Origin: Gammaproteobacteria bacterium
GTDB lineage: Bacteria; Pseudomonadota; Gammaproteobacteria; Burkholderiales; SHXO01
Assembly (NCBI GenBank): GCA_041488255.1
Contig: JBGPOV010000008.1
Coordinates: forward strand, 2,485 to 66,484
DNA length: 64,000 nt
Direction: 5' to 3'
In this document: one piece after another, positions 52,103 to 61,857 of the stretch
How the letters are laid out: every line of letters starts with the position of its first letter
Position numbering within the stretch: position 1 is the first letter of the stretch
Made by a program: the position numbers and the translations under genes
Notes under the pieces: model-generated
The model's input: the letters and a program-made list of their open reading frames with translations, nothing else
Told to the model about the DNA's origin: nothing
Databases searched by the model: none

Positions 52103-53115
52103 CGCGCCTCCGTGCGGTAGGGGATGACGATGTGTACCTGATAGGCATCATCGGTCAGGCTGCTCTTGAGACTGGCCTCTGCGTCGAAGTGCAGGGCCAG
52201 GCGTTCGCGGATGTTGCCTAGCGCCATCTTGTTTCCCGCATGATGGTTGCCGTCCTTGCGGTACGGGTTGCGCAGTACCAAGTGGACCTCGTCGCGCGCC
52301 TTGTACACGTTGATGCTGATCACGCCGGTCTCCGAGCACGGCTCGATGCCGTGGTAAACGGCGTTCTCCACCAGAGGCTGCAGAACCAGCGGTGGAATGA
52401 GCGTTTCGCCCGGCATGTTTTCGGTGTGCCACTCGACCCTGAGCCGCTCGCCCAGGCGCAGCTGCTCGAGGTTGAGATACTGTTGGGTCAGTTCCACTTC
52501 GCGCGCCAGCGTCGACAGAACCCGGTTGTCCGCCATCAGCACGCGGAACAACTCGGCCATGTCTTCCAGCGCGGTCTCGGCGCGCTTGGGCGCCTGACGG
52601 ATCAAGCTCAGCACGGCGTTGATGCTGTTGAACAGAAAATGCGGCCGGATGCGCGCCTGCAAGGCCTGCAGCCGAGCCTCGGTGAGGGCGGGCGAGAGCG
52701 CGCGGTTGCGCAGGTGAAAGTAGTACAGAATCAAAGCGGCGGCAGCCAGCGTGAACAGCCAGTAGCGCTCCAGCTGGCCATAGGGGTCTCCGCCGAAGAA
52801 CTGCTCGCCGGCCCTGTGGATGACGGTGACGATGAGCAGTTCGATCAGCACGACGACCAGGATCCCGGTCCGGTAGTCGAGGCGGCGCAGCCAGCGGCTG
52901 AGCCCGGACAGCGCCAGAATGCTCAGCACCAGCACCGGCTGAACGGGTGCGGACACTTCCAGGAACAGGGGCAGAAAGGCCCCCCAGTTGCCGGCCTGCG
53001 CGAGCGCAAGAAATCCGGACAGTGCGAGGACGATCAGCACGATGCGCAGGATCACGCCCAGGTTGCCGAAGTCCGGCAGGGCGTCTTGGTGCACGTTTTG
53101 ATTTATACTCTTCAC
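52099..53115 (-). CDS. algZ: LytS/AlgZ(FimS)-type sensor histidine kinase
   Basis: Start trimmed to GTG at 53115. Four TM segments, the His_kinase motif RIRPHFLFNSINAV and an HATPase_c domain (LQPLVENAVYHG). The 5' 300 codons of the track ORF are antisense to argH and were rejected. Confidence 0.78.
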   Translation of the reverse strand: MKSINQNVHQDALPDFGNLGVILRIVLIVLALSGFLALAQAGNWGAFLPLFLEVSAPVQPVLVLSILALSGLSRWLRRLDYRTGILVVVLIELLIVTVIHRAGEQFFGGDPYGQLERYWLFTLAAAALILYYFHLRNRALSPALTEARLQALQARIRPHFLFNSINAVLSLIRQAPKRAETALEDMAELFRVLMADNRVLSTLAREVELTQQYLNLEQLRLGERLRVEWHTENMPGETLIPPLVLQPLVENAVYHGIEPCSETGVISINVYKARDEVHLVLRNPYRKDGNHHAGNKMALGNIRERLALHFDAEASLKSSLTDDAYQVHIVIPYRTEAR

Positions 53116-53265
53116 CGCTGCAAATGCCTGTCTAAACGGGCTTTTTGGGCCGAGACACGGGCCTCTGCAACACAGCGGAGCACAGGGTGTGCCAGCGCGT
53201 GCCGCCGCGCGCAGGAGAGCCCCGCACCATGACCGTAAAGTCGGGACTGAACAGCGCCCACGCCG

Positions 53266-54660
53266 ATGCAAGACGACGCCTCTGACAACAAGGCCTGGTC
53301 CGGCCGCTTCAACGAGCCGGTGGACGACATGGTCAAGCGCTACACCGCGTCGGTGAGCTTCGACAAGCGGCTGGCCGAGTTCGACATCCAGGGCTCGCTC
53401 GCGCATGCGCGCATGCTGAGCAAGGCCGGCGTGCTTTCGGCCAAGGACCTGAAAGACATCGAGCGTGGCATGGCGCAAATCCTGGGCGAGATCCAGGCCG
53501 GCCACTTCCCCTGGTCGGTGGAACTGGAGGATGTGCACCTCAACATCGAGAAGCGGCTCACGGACCTCGTCGGCGAAGCGGGCAAGCGGCTGCATACCGG
53601 CCGCTCGCGCAACGACCAGGTGACCACCGACGTGCGGATGTGGCTGCGCGCTGCCCTGGACGTGATCGACCAGCTGGCCAGGGCCCTGCAGACACAGCTG
53701 GTCGAGCTCGCCGAACGGCATGTTGACACGGTGATGCCTGGTTTCACGCACATGCAAGTGGCGCAGCCGGTCAGCTTCGGTCATCACTTGATGGCCTACT
53801 ACGAGATGCTCAAGCGCGACCGCAGCCGGCTGGCCGACTGCCGGCGCCGGGCGAACCAGCTGCCGCTGGGCGCCGCCGCGCTGGCTGGCACGACGTATCC
53901 GATCGACCGTGAGATGGTGGCCCGCGAGCTGGGCTTCGAGGGCTTGTGCCTGAACTCGCTGGACGCGGTTTCCGACCGCGACTTCGCCATCGAGTTCGCC
54001 GCTGTGGCGGCGCTGCTCATGACTCACCTGTCACGCCTGTCCGAGGAGCTGGTCCTGTGGATGAGCCCGCGCTTCGGCTTCGTCGTGCTGGCCGACCGCT
54101 ACTGCACCGGCTCCTCCATCATGCCGCAGAAGAAGAATCCGGATGTGCCCGAGCTGGTGCGCGCCAAGACCGGTCGGGTAAACGGCCATCTGGTGGCGCT
54201 GCTCACGGTGATGAAGTCCCAGCCGCTGGCTTACAACAAGGACAACCAGGAGGACAAGGAGCCGCTGTTCGATCTGGCGGACACCCTGATCGACACGCTG
54301 CGCGTGTTCGCCGGGATGATGGGCGGGCTCACGGTGAACCCCGAGGCCATGCGGCGAGCCGCCTCGGAAGGGTTCGCCACCGCCACCGATCTGGCCGACT
54401 ACCTGGTGAAGAAGGGGCTCCCGTTTCGTGACGCGCACGAGGCCGTCGCGCGCGCCGTGCGCTTCGCGTCGGACCACCGCGTTGATCTCGCCGCGCTTCC
54501 GCTCGACGAGCTGCGGCGCTTCTCGCCCCTGATCGCGAGCGACGTGTTCGAGGTGCTTACGCTAGAGGGCTCGCTGCGGGCCCGAAACCACGTCGGCGGG
54601 ACGGCGCCGGATCAGGTGCGTATGGCGATCGCCCGCGCACGGGGCGAGTTGGCAGCGTAA
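53266..54660 (+). CDS. argH: argininosuccinate lyase
   Basis: 464 aa with the fumarate-lyase signature [12 protein letters not shown] and an N-terminal WSGRF motif. Confidence 0.96.
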   Translation: MQDDASDNKAWSGRFNEPVDDMVKRYTASVSFDKRLAEFDIQGSLAHARMLSKAGVLSAKDLKDIERGMAQILGEIQAGHFPWSVELEDVHLNIEKRLTDLVGEAGKRLHTGRSRNDQVTTDVRMWLRAALDVIDQLARALQTQLVELAERHVDTVMPGFTHMQVAQPVSFGHHLMAYYEMLKRDRSRLADCRRRANQLPLGAAALAGTTYPIDREMVARELGFEGLCLNSLDAVSDRDFAIEFAAVAALLMTHLSRLSEELVLWMSPRFGFVVLADRYCTGSSIMPQKKNPDVPELVRAKTGRVNGHLVALLTVMKSQPLAYNKDNQEDKEPLFDLADTLIDTLRVFAGMMGGLTVNPEAMRRAASEGFATATDLADYLVKKGLPFRDAHEAVARAVRFASDHRVDLAALPLDELRRFSPLIASDVFEVLTLEGSLRARNHVGGTAPDQVRMAIARARGELAA

Positions 54661-54667
54661 GCGCCCT

Positions 54668-55558
54668 GTGGTCGGCCGAGCTTGGGACACGGTGGCCGCT
54701 TCCATCGGGCGCGCCACCGGCAAGCCATGCAAGATCAGCCAGGCGAGCCCGGTTGGCGGCGGATGCATCAACCGGGGTTTCCACCTTCAAGGCGGCGGGC
54801 GCGACTTCTTCGTCAAGCTCAACGCAGCCTCGGCGCTGTCCATGTTCGAGGCCGAGGCCGCGGGGCTGGAAGAGATCGCCATCACCGGCACCGTGCGCGT
54901 GCCGCGTCCGGTCTGCGCCGGACGCGACGACACGCAGGCGTGGCTAGTGCTCGAGTACCTGCCCCTGTCGGGAGGCGAACCGCGCGCCATGGCGGTCCTT
55001 GGCGAGCGCCTGGCGGCGATGCATCGCATCACGCAGCCGCGCTTCGGCTGGACACGCGACAACACGATCGGGTCCACGCCGCAGATCAACCGGCAAGAGT
55101 CGGAATGGACCGAGTTCTGGCGCCTGCACCGGCTCGGGTACCAGCTCGATTTGGCCGGGCGCAACGGCTACCGCGGGGCGCTCCAGCATAAGGGCGAGCA
55201 ACTGCTGGACAGGCTGGCGCAATCGTTCCGAGGTTACCGGCCGGCCGCCTCGCTGCTGCATGGCGATCTCTGGGCGGGTAACGCAGCGGTGAGCGCCGCC
55301 GGGGAGCCGGTGATCTTCGACCCCGCGGTTTACTACGGCGACCGCGAAGCGGATTTGGCCATGACCCAGCTGTTCGGCGCCTTTCCGACGGAGTTCTACC
55401 ACTCATACCAGGCCACGTGGCCGCTCGACCCGGGCCATCGCGAGCGGCGCGACCTCTACAACCTCTATCACGTCCTCAATCACCTCAACTTGTTCGGCGG
55501 GGGCTATTTGCGCCAGGCGCAGGAGATGATGGACAAGTTGCTCGCCGCTTGCGCTTGA
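54668..55558 (+). CDS. fructosamine/ketosamine-3-kinase family protein
   Basis: 296 aa. GGCINRGF near the N-terminus, LLHGDLWAGN at the catalytic loop, plus DPAVYYGDREADLAM. Confidence 0.8.
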   Translation: MVGRAWDTVAASIGRATGKPCKISQASPVGGGCINRGFHLQGGGRDFFVKLNAASALSMFEAEAAGLEEIAITGTVRVPRPVCAGRDDTQAWLVLEYLPLSGGEPRAMAVLGERLAAMHRITQPRFGWTRDNTIGSTPQINRQESEWTEFWRLHRLGYQLDLAGRNGYRGALQHKGEQLLDRLAQSFRGYRPAASLLHGDLWAGNAAVSAAGEPVIFDPAVYYGDREADLAMTQLFGAFPTEFYHSYQATWPLDPGHRERRDLYNLYHVLNHLNLFGGGYLRQAQEMMDKLLAACA

Positions 55559-55686
55559 GAACTCGAGCCCAAGCTGCTAGATTCGCGCCGGCATCCGGCT
55601 GAATTCACCTCCCGCTGGATGGCCTTTTTTCCGCACGCCGCAGATCCAAGGCGTCATCAAGAACGCTTCATCCCGGGGAGAGAGCC

Positions 55687-56583
55687 ACGGACCAGCTGCC
55701 AGCCGTCATCATCGACGGGATCCTGTACGCCTCCTGGATGTTCATCATCGCCGTGGGGCTCACGCTGATCTACGGCGTGATGAAGATCCTCAACGTCGCG
55801 CACGGCAGCCTGTACGCGCTGGGGGCATATACGGCCGCCGCTTTCGCAGGCTACTGGCTGGAGCATGGCCATGCTCCGATCGGCAGTTACGGTGTACTGC
55901 TCGTGGCAGGGCTCGTAGTAGGGCTGATTGCCGGGCCGCTGATCGAGCGCGGTTTGCTGCGCTTCATGTATGGGCGCGAGGAGATCGTGCTGGTGCTGGT
56001 CACCTACGCCTTGTTCCTGATCCTGGAAGACTTCACCAAACTGCTGTTCGGCGTCGACCCGATTCTGGTGGCTGCGCCCTACGCCCTGCTGGGCAACCTC
56101 CAGCTGGGTCATCTCGTCTATCCCCTCTACAGCTTCGTGTTGCTGGCCGTGTCGATCCTGGCAGGCGTGGCGTTGGCTCTCGTGCTGAGTCGGACCCGGC
56201 AGGGCAAGATGCTGCGCGCGGTGATCCACGACCGCGAGATGAGCATGGCGGTGGGCATCAACGTCTCGCGCGTCTACCTGGTCACCTTCACCGCCGGGGC
56301 CATGCTCGCGGCGCTCGGCGGGGCGATTACCGCGCCCACCACATCGGTGCAGCCCGGCATGGGCGCAGAAGTCATCGTGCTCGCCTTCGCCATCGTCGTG
56401 GTGGGCGGATTGGGAAGCCTGGGCGGCGCCGCGCTGGGCGCGCTGATCGTGGGCCTCGTGCGTTCGGCAGCCGTGCACTACCGGCCGGAAGTCGAGCTGT
56501 TCAGTGTGTACGTGGTGATGGCGCTGGTGCTGATCGTCCGGCCCAAGGGGCTGTTCGCCGCGCCGGAGCCGCGGAAAATATGA
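55687..56583 (+). CDS. livH: branched-chain amino acid-type (HAAT) ABC permease, LivH-like; start codon unresolved
   Basis: The track ORF starts at ATG 55738, but the conserved N-terminus (DQLPAVIIDGILYASW) continues upstream in frame to 55603 with no ATG, GTG or TTG. GGGGAGAG is followed 6 nt later by ACG at 55687. Confidence 0.75.
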   Translation, partial: TDQLPAVIIDGILYASWMFIIAVGLTLIYGVMKILNVAHGSLYALGAYTAAAFAGYWLEHGHAPIGSYGVLLVAGLVVGLIAGPLIERGLLRFMYGREEIVLVLVTYALFLILEDFTKLLFGVDPILVAAPYALLGNLQLGHLVYPLYSFVLLAVSILAGVALALVLSRTRQGKMLRAVIHDREMSMAVGINVSRVYLVTFTAGAMLAALGGAITAPTTSVQPGMGAEVIVLAFAIVVVGGLGSLGGAALGALIVGLVRSAAVHYRPEVELFSVYVVMALVLIVRPKGLFAAPEPRKI

Positions 56584-56638
56584 CCAGGCTGCCGAAGGCG
56601 CGCAAGAATATGACGGCCGCGCGCGAGCGGCAGAAGGC

Positions 56639-57610
56639 ATGACCCCCGTGCGCGAGACACAGAACACATGGAGGCGCGAGCGCACGCTCCCGATCCTCTC
56701 AGCCGCGCTCGTGGTGCTGCTGGCGGTCGGACCATTCCTGCCTCAGTGGGCGCTGTCGTTCGTCAGCGTGGCGCTATACCTCGGGATCGTGGTGCTGGGG
56801 ATGGCCCTGCTGATGCGGACCGGGTTGGTGTCCTTCGGACAGGGGCTTTACTACTGCCTCGGAGCCTATGCCGCCGGCACGCTGGACCACTTCTACCAGA
56901 TCTCGGATCTGCTGCTGATGGCGATCGCGGGCGCGCTGCTGCCCGCGCTCGTCGCGCTCGTGCTGGGCCTGCTGCTGGCCAAATACCGCGACATCTTCTT
57001 CGCAATGCTGAGCCTCGCGTTCTCCATGATCCTGTACGGCTTGCTGGTAAAGACCTCGGCGCTCGGCAGCACCGACGGTTTTGGGCTGTCGGTCAAAACC
57101 TTCGCCGGCGTAGCGCTGGGGCGGCATTGGGTGCGATACGCCATCTGCGCGTTCGCTGCGGTGCTCGCAGCCGCCTGCGCCGCCGCGGTGCACCGCTACT
57201 CGAGCTCGCACCTCGGGCGGCTCGCGGGCGCGATCCGCGACAACGAGCTGCGAGTCGAGTACATGGGCGCCTCCGTGCGCCGCGTCATCCACCTCAACTA
57301 CGTGATCGCCGCGGCGCTGGCCGGCATCGGCGGCGCGCTCATGGCCGCCACCATCGGCCACGTGGACCCGGAAACGACCGCCAACTGGACGACTTCCGGG
57401 GAATTTGTGTTCATCGCCATCTTGAGCGGCACCGGCAGCGTGCTCGCACCCTTCCTGGGCGCGGGCATTTTCGAAGCGGTGCGCACCTTCGCGCTGGAGC
57501 GCTTCCCGAACACCTGGCAGATGACACTGGGCGTCACCATGCTGCTGGTGATCATGTTCCTGCCCGGCGGACTGTGGTCCGTGTTCCGCCTGCAGCGCCG
57601 GGGCGTGTGA
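56639..57610 (+). CDS. livM: HAAT-family ABC permease, LivM-like
   Basis: 323 aa with ~9 TM segments and the typical GLVSFGQGLYYCLGAY motif. Confidence 0.85.
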   Translation: MTPVRETQNTWRRERTLPILSAALVVLLAVGPFLPQWALSFVSVALYLGIVVLGMALLMRTGLVSFGQGLYYCLGAYAAGTLDHFYQISDLLLMAIAGALLPALVALVLGLLLAKYRDIFFAMLSLAFSMILYGLLVKTSALGSTDGFGLSVKTFAGVALGRHWVRYAICAFAAVLAAACAAAVHRYSSSHLGRLAGAIRDNELRVEYMGASVRRVIHLNYVIAAALAGIGGALMAATIGHVDPETTANWTTSGEFVFIAILSGTGSVLAPFLGAGIFEAVRTFALERFPNTWQMTLGVTMLLVIMFLPGGLWSVFRLQRRGV

Positions 57611-57611
57611 G

Positions 57612-58397
57612 ATGGCGACTATCCTCGAGGCCCGCAACCTCAACAAAAGCTTCGGCGCCGTAACCGCGGCGGCGGACATCAACGCGCACATCGAACAGGA
57701 CAGTGTGGTCGGGCTGATCGGCAGCAACGGCGCGGGCAAGACCACTTTCATCAACATGGTCACCGGGTACGTAACGCCCACTTCCGGACAGATCCTGTAT
57801 GAGGGCCGCGACGTCACCGGGATGCAGCCGCGCAGCATCGCTCAGCTGGGGATCGGCCGCTCGTTCCAGATCCCGCAGCTGTTCAACACCCTGTCGGCGC
57901 ACGAGAACCTGGCGATCGGCGTGGGCGTCGCCGCGCGCTCGACACGCGCCCGGCCCGGCGCTTCGGACGACGCGGCCGAGCGCGCGGAGGCCGAGCGGCT
58001 CATCGAGCGCTTCAACCTCGGCGGCTACCGCACCCAGGCGGCTGGCCTGCTTCCCGAAGGTGTGCGCAAGGTGCTGGACATCGCCATGGCCGTGGCCGGC
58101 GAGCCCCGGCTCCTGCTGCTGGACGAACCCACCAGCGGCGTGTCGGCGGAGGAGAAGTTCGCTCTGATGGACATGGTCATGAGAGCGCTGCAGGCCGAAG
58201 GGGTGACGGTGCTGTTCGTCGAGCATGACATGGACGTCGTGAACCGCTACACGCACCGCATCCTTGCCTTCTACGAGGGCCGCATCATCGCCGACGGCGA
58301 CCCAGTCATGGTGCTGAAGGACGCCGAGGTGCGCCGCTACGTGATCGGCGAGCAGATCCACCCCGGACCCAAGGAGAGCAGCGCTGCTGCGCATTGA
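57612..58397 (+). CDS. livG: HAAT-family ABC ATP-binding protein, LivG-like
   Basis: Walker A GSNGAGKTT, Walker B LLLLDEPTSG and a C-terminal LivG-type extension. Confidence 0.9.
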   Translation: MATILEARNLNKSFGAVTAAADINAHIEQDSVVGLIGSNGAGKTTFINMVTGYVTPTSGQILYEGRDVTGMQPRSIAQLGIGRSFQIPQLFNTLSAHENLAIGVGVAARSTRARPGASDDAAERAEAERLIERFNLGGYRTQAAGLLPEGVRKVLDIAMAVAGEPRLLLLDEPTSGVSAEEKFALMDMVMRALQAEGVTVLFVEHDMDVVNRYTHRILAFYEGRIIADGDPVMVLKDAEVRRYVIGEQIHPGPKESSAAAH

Positions 58398-59034
58398 AGG
58401 CCTGGATGTTGCGATCGGTTCGGTCGGGATCCTGCGCAACGTCAACATGGAGCTGCCCGCCGGCAAGTTCGCGGGGTTGATCGGTCGCAACGGCGCGGGC
58501 AAAACCACGTTGGTGCGCTCCATCATGGGCATTCTCACGCCGCGCAACGGCTCGATCCACTTCGACGGCGCTACGCTCGACGCGCTGCCCACCCATATGC
58601 GCGCGCGCTGCGGCATCGGTTACATGCCAGAGGACCGGCGGCTGGTGCCCGATCTGAGCGTCGAGGAAAACGTGCTGCTGCCGGCCTGGGCCTCCAGTCA
58701 GCCCGAAATCCAGGCGCGTCTGGCCAAAGTGTACGAGATGATTCCGGAGGTGCAGGCGCTAGCGCAGCGCAAAGCCATGCTGCTCTCCGGCGGCCAGCAG
58801 AAGCTCGCGGCGCTGGCCCGCGCGCTGATGTGTGGCACCAAAATCTTGCTGCTGGACGAGCCATTCGAAGGCGTGGCGCCGGTGCTTGCGCGCCGCCTCG
58901 CCGAGGTCATCGCCGGCTTGAAGCAGGAAGGGCTGTCGATCCTGCTGACCGAGTCCGACCTCTCGCACTCGAAGGAGCTGTTGGACGCGCTGTTTGTAAT
59001 CGATCGCGGCGAAGTAACCGCCGCGCCGCTGTGA
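58384..59034 (+). CDS. livF: HAAT-family ABC ATP-binding protein, LivF-like; start codon unresolved
   Basis: Walker A GRNGAGKTT, signature LSGGQQ and Walker B ILLLDEP. The conserved LLRIEGLDVAIG precedes the first ATG (58447). AAGGAG at 58371-58376 is followed by CTG at 58384, and there is no canonical start in frame. Confidence 0.8.
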   Translation: MLRIEGLDVAIGSVGILRNVNMELPAGKFAGLIGRNGAGKTTLVRSIMGILTPRNGSIHFDGATLDALPTHMRARCGIGYMPEDRRLVPDLSVEENVLLPAWASSQPEIQARLAKVYEMIPEVQALAQRKAMLLSGGQQKLAALARALMCGTKILLLDEPFEGVAPVLARRLAEVIAGLKQEGLSILLTESDLSHSKELLDALFVIDRGEVTAAPL

Positions 59035-59051
59035 TGCCCTCGCGCGAGCAA

Positions 59052-59082
59052 GACCCAGGTTCAGCGGCCCTGGGTTCTTATA
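59052..59082 (+). terminator. possible terminator after livF
   Basis: ACCCAGG with a 9-nt loop and CCTGGGT, followed by TCTTAT. The stem is short and the U tract weak. Confidence 0.3.
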
Positions 59083-59233
59083 GCGCTCCTGCGATTGACG
59101 ACAAGGTCGAATTTCGTCCGCTGCTCGATCAGCAGGTCACCGCGTAAATAGCACACCGGACCGCGCCCCGGCTTCCTTCGAGACGCGGTCCGGGAACCCA
59201 GAATCCCGGTTCGCCAATTGTTCCGCTTCGAGC

Positions 59234-60517
59234 TCAGCCGGGAGACGCGCCTTGGGTCGCGGTGTAGACGGCGTAGATCGACTGGCTTGCGATCATAAAC
59301 AACCGGTTGCGCTTGGGACCGCCGAAGGTGACATTACCGCATATCTCCGGCAGCCGAATCCGGCCGAGCAGCTTGCCCTCCGGGCTCCACACCGTGACCC
59401 CGCTGTAGCCTACAGCCCGGCCGGCATTGCTTGCGCACCAAAGATTGCCGAACACGTCGGCACGGAAGCCATCCGGACCACAATGTACGCCATCGACATG
59501 GCAGTCGGTGAACACCTTCTGATTCGACAGCTTGTTGTCCGATCCGACATCGAGGACATGGATATCGCCCTTGCCGGCCGGCCCGGTGCTGGAGACGTAC
59601 AGCTTCTTGAAATCGGGCGAGAAGCACAGGCCATTGGGGTTCGGCACCTTGTCGTCGGCGATCGCCGCATCGAGCCGACCGCTGGGGTCCCACCGATAGA
59701 CCTGAGTGGGCAGCTCCTGCCTCGCATCGCTCACGCCAACGGGCTGACCGACCCGGTTGTTGAGCTTGCCTTTCATATTGCTCTTGCCCCCGGCAGGATC
59801 GGGGGTACCTTCGTAGAGCTGCGCGCCGTACGGCGGGTCGGTGAACCAGACGCTGCCGTCCGGATGCGGGACTACGTCATTGGGCGAGTTGAGCCGCTTG
59901 CCCTTGAAGGAGTCGGCGAGCACCGTGATCGAGCCGTCGAGCTCGTAGCGGACGACGCGTCGGGTCAGATGCTCGCAGGAGAGCTGCCGGCCCTGGAAGT
60001 CGAACATATTGCCGTTGCTGTTGTTGGAATTCGTGCGAAACACGGACACGTGGCCGTCGTCCTCGATCCAGCGCATCTGCCGGCTGTTGGGGATGTCGCT
60101 CCAGAGTAGGTAGCGTCCTTCGGCGTTCCACGCCGGGCCCTCGGCCCACAACGCCCCGGTCCACAGACGCTGAATGGGTGCGTTCGGCTGCGCGAGGCCA
60201 TTGAAGGACGGATCGACCGCTAGGACATCCGGATCCCAGAAATAGACGTTCGGCGCACCATTCGGGCCGAAATCTCGCGGCGGGCTGGTCACCGTGGTCG
60301 GTGGGGCGATCGGCCCCATCGCTTCCGCACCCAGCGCGCCCCGCACTCCTAGCGCGACCGCACCCGCGCCGAGGCCCGCAAGGAACCGGCGGCGACCGAC
60401 GCCTGCCGATCGGTCGCGCTGCTCCGGCTCGTTGAGATCGGACAACTCCTGCCTTATTGTGCGCTGTGGGGTTGGTTTTGCCAAGTCGATGAATTTATGC
60501 AGTTGTACTCGCTCCAT
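59234..60517 (-). CDS. Tat-exported SMP-30/gluconolactonase/LRE-like beta-propeller protein
   Basis: 427 aa with a twin-arginine signal GRRRFLAGLGAGAVALG. The propeller carries NGLCFSPDFKKLYV and a C-terminal RLFMIASQSIYAVY. The start may be downstream of 60517. Confidence 0.8.
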   Translation of the reverse strand: MERVQLHKFIDLAKPTPQRTIRQELSDLNEPEQRDRSAGVGRRRFLAGLGAGAVALGVRGALGAEAMGPIAPPTTVTSPPRDFGPNGAPNVYFWDPDVLAVDPSFNGLAQPNAPIQRLWTGALWAEGPAWNAEGRYLLWSDIPNSRQMRWIEDDGHVSVFRTNSNNSNGNMFDFQGRQLSCEHLTRRVVRYELDGSITVLADSFKGKRLNSPNDVVPHPDGSVWFTDPPYGAQLYEGTPDPAGGKSNMKGKLNNRVGQPVGVSDARQELPTQVYRWDPSGRLDAAIADDKVPNPNGLCFSPDFKKLYVSSTGPAGKGDIHVLDVGSDNKLSNQKVFTDCHVDGVHCGPDGFRADVFGNLWCASNAGRAVGYSGVTVWSPEGKLLGRIRLPEICGNVTFGGPKRNRLFMIASQSIYAVYTATQGASPG

Positions 60518-60729
60518 GGCTTACTCCTCATATGTTTACGTTCTTGAGTTTGAGGCTCCTCTACCACGAACCGGCGCCCGCTTCGCGGGGGCAGCGCGCT
60601 CAAGACCTCGCGCCGGGCGGAACCGCGCCCCCTGCGCGGTGGCGCGCTATTGGGTTCGGCAGCAGAGCGCTCCTTGTACAACAAGGGGGGTTTGCTTTCA
60701 ATAGGCTTACGCAGGTGCGGCGCAGCGAT

Positions 60730-60762
60730 AAAAAAAGAGCCCGCATGCCATAGCATGCGGGC
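60730..60762 (-). terminator. rho-independent terminator of the second SMP-30-like gene
   Basis: On the minus strand, a perfect 10-bp stem GCCCGCATGC/GCATGCGGGC with a 4-nt loop, followed by CUC and a 7-U run. It lies 22 nt past the stop. Confidence 0.8.
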
Positions 60763-60783
60763 CTGTGCTCGGGCCGTCTGCTA

Positions 60784-61857
60784 TCAGGTTAGCGGGAAAC
60801 CCACTGCATTGACGTAGATGGCGTAGATCGACGTACTGCCGGTCATGAACAACCGGTTGCGCTTGGTGCCGCCGAAGACGAGGTTGGAGATGACTTCTGG
60901 TGTATGCAGGAAGGCGAGCAGGGTCCCGTCGGGCGCATGCACGCGCACACCGTTGGTGTCCGGGCCGCCCCAACCCCAGCTCGCCCACACGTTACCGTCG
61001 GTGTCGCAGCGGACGCCGTCGGTGAAGCCCGGCGCGAAGTCCGCGAACACTTTGGGATTACTGACGCCGGTGCCGCTGCTGTTGACATCGAACACGATGA
61101 TGTTCGCGGGAAAGTTTGGGCCGTCGGTTGCGCCCGTGTCGACCACATAGACTCTCTTGAAGTCGGGCGAGAAGCAGATGCCGTTGGGGCGGCGCATCGG
61201 CCCTTCAGCGATGATGCTGAGCTTGCCGGTCTTAGTGTCAAAACGGTATACCCGGGTCGGCAGTTCGAACTCTGCCTTGTGCCCCTCGTAGGGCCCGAGG
61301 ATGCCGTAGCCCGGATCGGTAAACCAGACCGAGCCATCGGCGTGAACAGCTGCGTCATTAGGTGCGTTCAGCTTCTTGCCATCGAAGTTATCGGCAAGCA
61401 CTGTCCACATGCCATCGTATTCTCTGCGCCGCACCCGACGCGTGTCGTGCTCGCAGGCGATCAGCCGGCCCTGGTTGTCCCGGGTATGCCCATTCGAATA
61501 CCCAGATTCGGTCTGGTACACGCTCACGTGTCCGTCGTCCTCGGACCAGCGCAGCACGCGATGGTTCGGGATGTCGCTGCAGAGCAGACAGCCCCAGTCA
61601 CCGAACCAAGCCGGCCCTTCGAGCCAGAGCGCAGCGTTGTCGCCCATCCCATGCCAGATGCGCTGCAGCGTTGCGTTGCCCTGCCGTCCGCTGAAGCGCT
61701 TGTCCTTAACTTCCCATGCAGGCTCGGGATAGGTGACAGTCCCTTCACCGGTCCAGTCGCGATCTCTGCCCCATTTGTCCAAGGCGAGGGCATCGGTTGC
61801 CGCAGCGGCGGTGGTTGCAGCGGCTGCCGTTAGGAACGTTCGTCTTGTCATTTCCAT
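60784..61857 (-). CDS. Tat-exported SMP-30/gluconolactonase/LRE-like protein (paralogue)
   Basis: Start trimmed to MEMTRRTFLTAAAATTAAAA (Tat signal). NGICFSPDFKRVYVV and RLFMTGSTSIYAIY parallel the upstream paralogue. Confidence 0.8.
   Translation of the reverse strand: MEMTRRTFLTAAAATTAAAATDALALDKWGRDRDWTGEGTVTYPEPAWEVKDKRFSGRQGNATLQRIWHGMGDNAALWLEGPAWFGDWGCLLCSDIPNHRVLRWSEDDGHVSVYQTESGYSNGHTRDNQGRLIACEHDTRRVRRREYDGMWTVLADNFDGKKLNAPNDAAVHADGSVWFTDPGYGILGPYEGHKAEFELPTRVYRFDTKTGKLSIIAEGPMRRPNGICFSPDFKRVYVVDTGATDGPNFPANIIVFDVNSSGTGVSNPKVFADFAPGFTDGVRCDTDGNVWASWGWGGPDTNGVRVHAPDGTLLAFLHTPEVISNLVFGGTKRNRLFMTGSTSIYAIYVNAVGFPLT

Noticed and set aside
53116-54027. 5' ~300 codons of the 642-aa ORF 52099-54027, which would make a giant histidine kinase.
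   Set aside because: The region is antisense to argH and lacks any kinase or sensor motif. The TM-sensor region and His_kinase motif all lie downstream of the GTG at 53115.
56580-56642. 20-codon ORF (MTRLPKARKNMTAARERQKA*) bridging the livH stop and livM start through ATGA overlaps at both ends.
   Set aside because: It is very short and basic, with no SD of its own and no supporting feature. It is probably a by-product of the coupling junction. It would need Ribo-seq evidence to be taken seriously.
59156-59193. Perfect 10-bp inverted repeat CCGGACCGCG…CGCGGTCCGG downstream of the first SMP-30-like gene, considered as its terminator.
   Set aside because: The loop is 18 nt and the trailing sequence on the minus strand (GUGUGCUAUUUAC) has only a weak U tract. 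It may be a terminator or a REP-like hairpin, and I could not decide from sequence alone.
59201-59216. GAATCCCGGTTCGCCA resembles the tRNA 3' end / att core (GAATCCCTGATTCGCCA), raising the idea of a third att copy.
   Set aside because: It has a substitution plus an indel, and it lacks the CCA. The DNA between 42124 and 59200 is core, high-GC housekeeping DNA (miaB, glyQS, argH). It is most likely a chance resemblance of two short GC-rich words.
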